From contig CM059432.1 in the NCBI GenBank assembly GCA_030390025.1, forward strand, positions 93,126,001-93,190,000: 64,000 nucleotides of DNA, in the 5' to 3' direction. The position numbers and the translations under genes were made by a program. A model generated the notes under the pieces. It searched no databases, was not told the DNA's origin, and was given only the letters and a program-made list of their open reading frames with translations. Shown here piece after piece: positions 62,087 through 64,000 of this stretch. Every line of letters starts with the position of its first letter. Within the stretch, counting starts at the first letter, position 1. The stretch comes from Squalus acanthias (taxonomy: Eukaryota).

Positions 62087-64000
62087 GGCGGGAGATTCTG
62101 TGAGTAAACAGGGCGGGAGATTCTGTGAGTAAACAGGGCGGGAGATTCTGAGAGTAAACAGGGCGGGAGATTCTGTGAGTAAACAGGGCGGGAGATTCTG
62201 TGAGTATAAAGAGCGGGAGATTCTGAGAGTAAACAGGGCGGGAGATTCTGTGAGTAAACAGGGCGGGAGATTCTGTGAGTAAACAGAGCGGGAGATTCTG
62301 TGAGTACACAGGGCGGGAGATTCTGTGAGTAAACAGGGCGGCAGATTCTGTGAGTAAACAGAGCGGGAGATTCTGAGAGTAAACAGGGCAGGAGATTCTG
62401 TGAGTAAACAGAGCGAGAGATTCTGTGAGTAAACAGGGCGGGAGATTCTGTGAGTAAACAGAGCAAGAGATTCTGTGAGTATAAAGAGCGGGAGATTCTG
62501 TGAGTAAACAGAGCGGGAGATTCTGTGAGTAAACAGAGCGAGAGATTCAGTGAGTAAACAGGTCGGGAGATTCTGTGAGTAAACAGGGCGGGAGATTCTG
62601 TGAGTAAACAGAGCGAGAGATTCTGTGAGTATAAAGAGCGGGAGATTCTGTGAGTAAACAGAGCGGGAGATTCTGTGAGTAAACAGAGCGGGAGATTCTG
62701 TGAGTAAACAGGGCGGGAGATTCTGTGAGTAAACAGGGCGGGAGATTCTGTGAGTAAACAGAGCGGGAGATTCTGTGAGTAAACAGGGCGGGAGATTCTG
62801 TGAGTAAACAGAGCGGGAGATTCTGTGAGTAAACAGAGCGAGAGATTCTGTGAGTAAACAGGGCGGGAGATTCTGTGAGTAAACAGAGCAAGAGATTCTG
62901 TGAGTATAAAGAGCGGGAGATTCTGTGAGTAAACAGAGCGGGAGATTCTGTGAGTAAACAGAGCGGGAGATTCTGTGAGTAAACAGGGCGGGAGATTCTG
63001 TGAGTAAACAGGGCGGGAGATTTTGTGAGTATAAAGAGCGGGAGATTCTGAGAGTAAACAGAGCGGGAGATTATGAGAGTAAACAGAGCAGGAGATTCTG
63101 TGAGTAGAAAGAGCGGGAGATTCTGTGAGTATAAAGAGTGGGAGATTCTGAGAGTAAACAGAGCGGGAGGTTCTGAGAGTTAACAGGGCGGGAGATTCTG
63201 TGAGCATAAAGAGCGGGAGATTCTGAGAGTAAACAGAGCGGGAGATTCTGTGAGTAAACAGGGCGGGAGATTCTGTGAGTAAACAGAGCGGGAGATTCGG
63301 AGAGTAAACAGGGCGGGAGATTCTAAGAGTATAAAGAGCGGGAGATTCTGTGAGTAAACAGAGCGGGAGATTCTGAGAGTAAAGAGAGCAGGAGATTCTG
63401 TGAGTATAAAGAGCGGGAGATTCTGTGAGTAAACAGGGCGGGAGATTCTGTGAGTAAACACAGCGGGAGATTCTGTGAGTAAACAGAGCGGGAGATTCTG
63501 TGAGTAAACAGGGCGGGAGATTCTGTGAGTAAACAGAGCGGGAGATTCTGAGAGTAAACAGGGCGGGAGATTCTGAGAGTAAACAGAGCGGGAGATTCTG
63601 TGAGTAAACACAGCGGGAGATTCTGAGAGTAAACAGGGCGGGAGATTCTGAGAGTAAACAGGGCGGGAGATTCTGTGAGTATAAAGAGCGGGAGATTCTG
63701 AGAGTAAACAGGGCGGGAGATTCTGTGAGTAAACAGGGCGGGAGATTCTGTGAGTAAACAGAGCGGGAGATTCTGTGAGTACACAGGGCGGGAGATTCTG
63801 TGAGTAAACAGGGCGGCAGATTCTGTGAGTAAACAGAGCGGGAGATTCTGAGAGTAAACAGGGCAGGAGATTCTGTGAGTAAACAGAGCGGGAGATTCTG
63901 TGAGTAAACAGGGCGGGAGATTCTGTGAGTAAACAGAGCAGGAGATTCTGTGAGTATAAAGAGCGGGAGATTCTGTGAGTAAACAGAGCGGGAGATTCTG
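62087..64000. repeat. 25-bp tandem array (about 76 copies visible, runs off the window)
   Basis: Unit G(G/A)GCGGGAGATTCTG(T/A)GAGTAAACA with period 25; ORFs show a 25-aa (3-unit) periodicity. Confidence 0.98.

Noticed and set aside
62002..63784. Long minus-strand ORFs (up to 401 aa) with LLTESPALFTHRISR repeats
   Set aside because: They follow from a 25-bp unit lacking stop codons on that strand; the same peptide appears in all frames, with no coding evidence.
62087..64000. CRISPR-like array
   Set aside because: Head-to-tail units without unique spacers; eukaryotic context; no cas genes.

Overview
Eukaryotic, repeat-dense DNA; the LINE, SINE and Harbinger types suggest a cartilaginous fish (shark-like; inference). 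The window lies inside one minus-strand gene of the ZNF704/ZNF395/SLC2A4RG family, most similar to ZNF704. Five internal coding exons with GT-AG borders and matching phases are visible: 43766-43875, 31344-31573, 26193-26293, 20103-20364 and 2714-2815. The 5' exons and the C-clamp exons were not found and probably lie outside the window. The introns hold an unusually dense set of PIF/Harbinger DNA transposons. Four are two-gene copies (DDE transposase plus a convergent, spliced Myb/SANT gene), all with disabling mutations; there are also several degraded copies and MITEs with 3-bp TSDs. Other elements are CR1, L2 and RTE LINE fragments, DeuSINE-type SINEs, a 1572-bp TG...CA solo-LTR-like insertion with a 4-bp TSD, and a 25-bp tandem array running to the right end. 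The most notable observations are a palindromic flank preference at Harbinger target sites, a MITE with a multi-hairpin core, a LINE with a tRNA-like 5' head, the long solo LTR, and inverted Harbinger copies bracketing host exons. No prokaryotic-type system, CRISPR array or bona fide tRNA/rRNA gene is supported. Family assignments rest on recalled motifs, not database searches.
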